Below, piece after piece: positions 63,651 to 64,000 of a stretch of 64,000 nt of DNA. How positions within the stretch are numbered: position 1 is the stretch's first letter; each line of letters opens with the position of its first letter. The notes beneath the pieces are model-generated. The model was not told where the DNA came from. It saw only the letters and a program-made list of their open reading frames with translations, and ran no database searches. The position numbers and the translations under genes were made by a program. Location: assembly GCF_009914755.1 (NCBI RefSeq), contig NC_060929.1. One strand, given 5' to 3'. The stretch is from the human T2T-CHM13v2.0 reference genome, Homo sapiens.

Positions 63651-64000
63651 TTGTTTGTTTGTTTGTTTCTTTTTGAGACATTGTCTTGCTCTGTTGCCCA
63701 GGCAGGAGTGCAGTGGCACAATTGCAGCTCACTGCTGCCTCTGTCTCGGGCGATCAAGCAATCCTCCCACCTCAGTTTTTGAGTAGCTGGGACTATAGGG
63801 ATGTGACACCAGGCCCAGCTAATTTTTAAACTTCTTGTAGAGACGGGGTCTCCCTATATTGCCCAGGCTGATCTCAAATTTCTTGGCTCAAGCAATCTTC
63901 CCGTCTCGGCCTCCCAAAGTGTTGGGATTACAGGTGTGAGCCACCATGCCCAGTCAACATTTCTATGGGTTTGAAATTTTCAACACAGTATAAGTTAGGG

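Overview
Primate (very likely human) genomic DNA, extremely rich in Alu elements. Positions 1-~23.9 kb hold the 3' part of MARVELD2 (tricellulin, DFNB49) on the + strand: the end of the large MARVEL-domain exon, five further coding exons with canonical GT-AG sites and consistent phase, a stop at 21200-21202, and a long 3' UTR. The remaining ~40 kb is intergenic; from memory of chr5q13.2 it lies upstream of OCLN. It contains layered Alu, L1, MIR and LTR insertions (LTR12, MST, MLT1, MLT2, MER31/MER34-like), a MER1 DNA transposon, a full-length RPS27 processed pseudogene, a 7SL pseudogene and a ~1 kb AT-rich minisatellite; a MER11 LTR lies in the first MARVELD2 intron. Nearly all ORFs in the supplied track are Alu or L1 artefacts. 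I found no new protein-coding system. The most notable structure is a ~1.3 kb inverted duplication (55003-56275 / 59362-60682) around a 3.1 kb spacer. Its junctions split one Alu in two and carry 2-3 bp microhomologies, which suggests a past inversion and a possibly still invertible segment. Other observations are several template-switch hairpins, reused retrotransposon target sites and a possible decayed Gypsy-like integrase. Repeat subfamily names come from recalled consensus sequences, not from a search.
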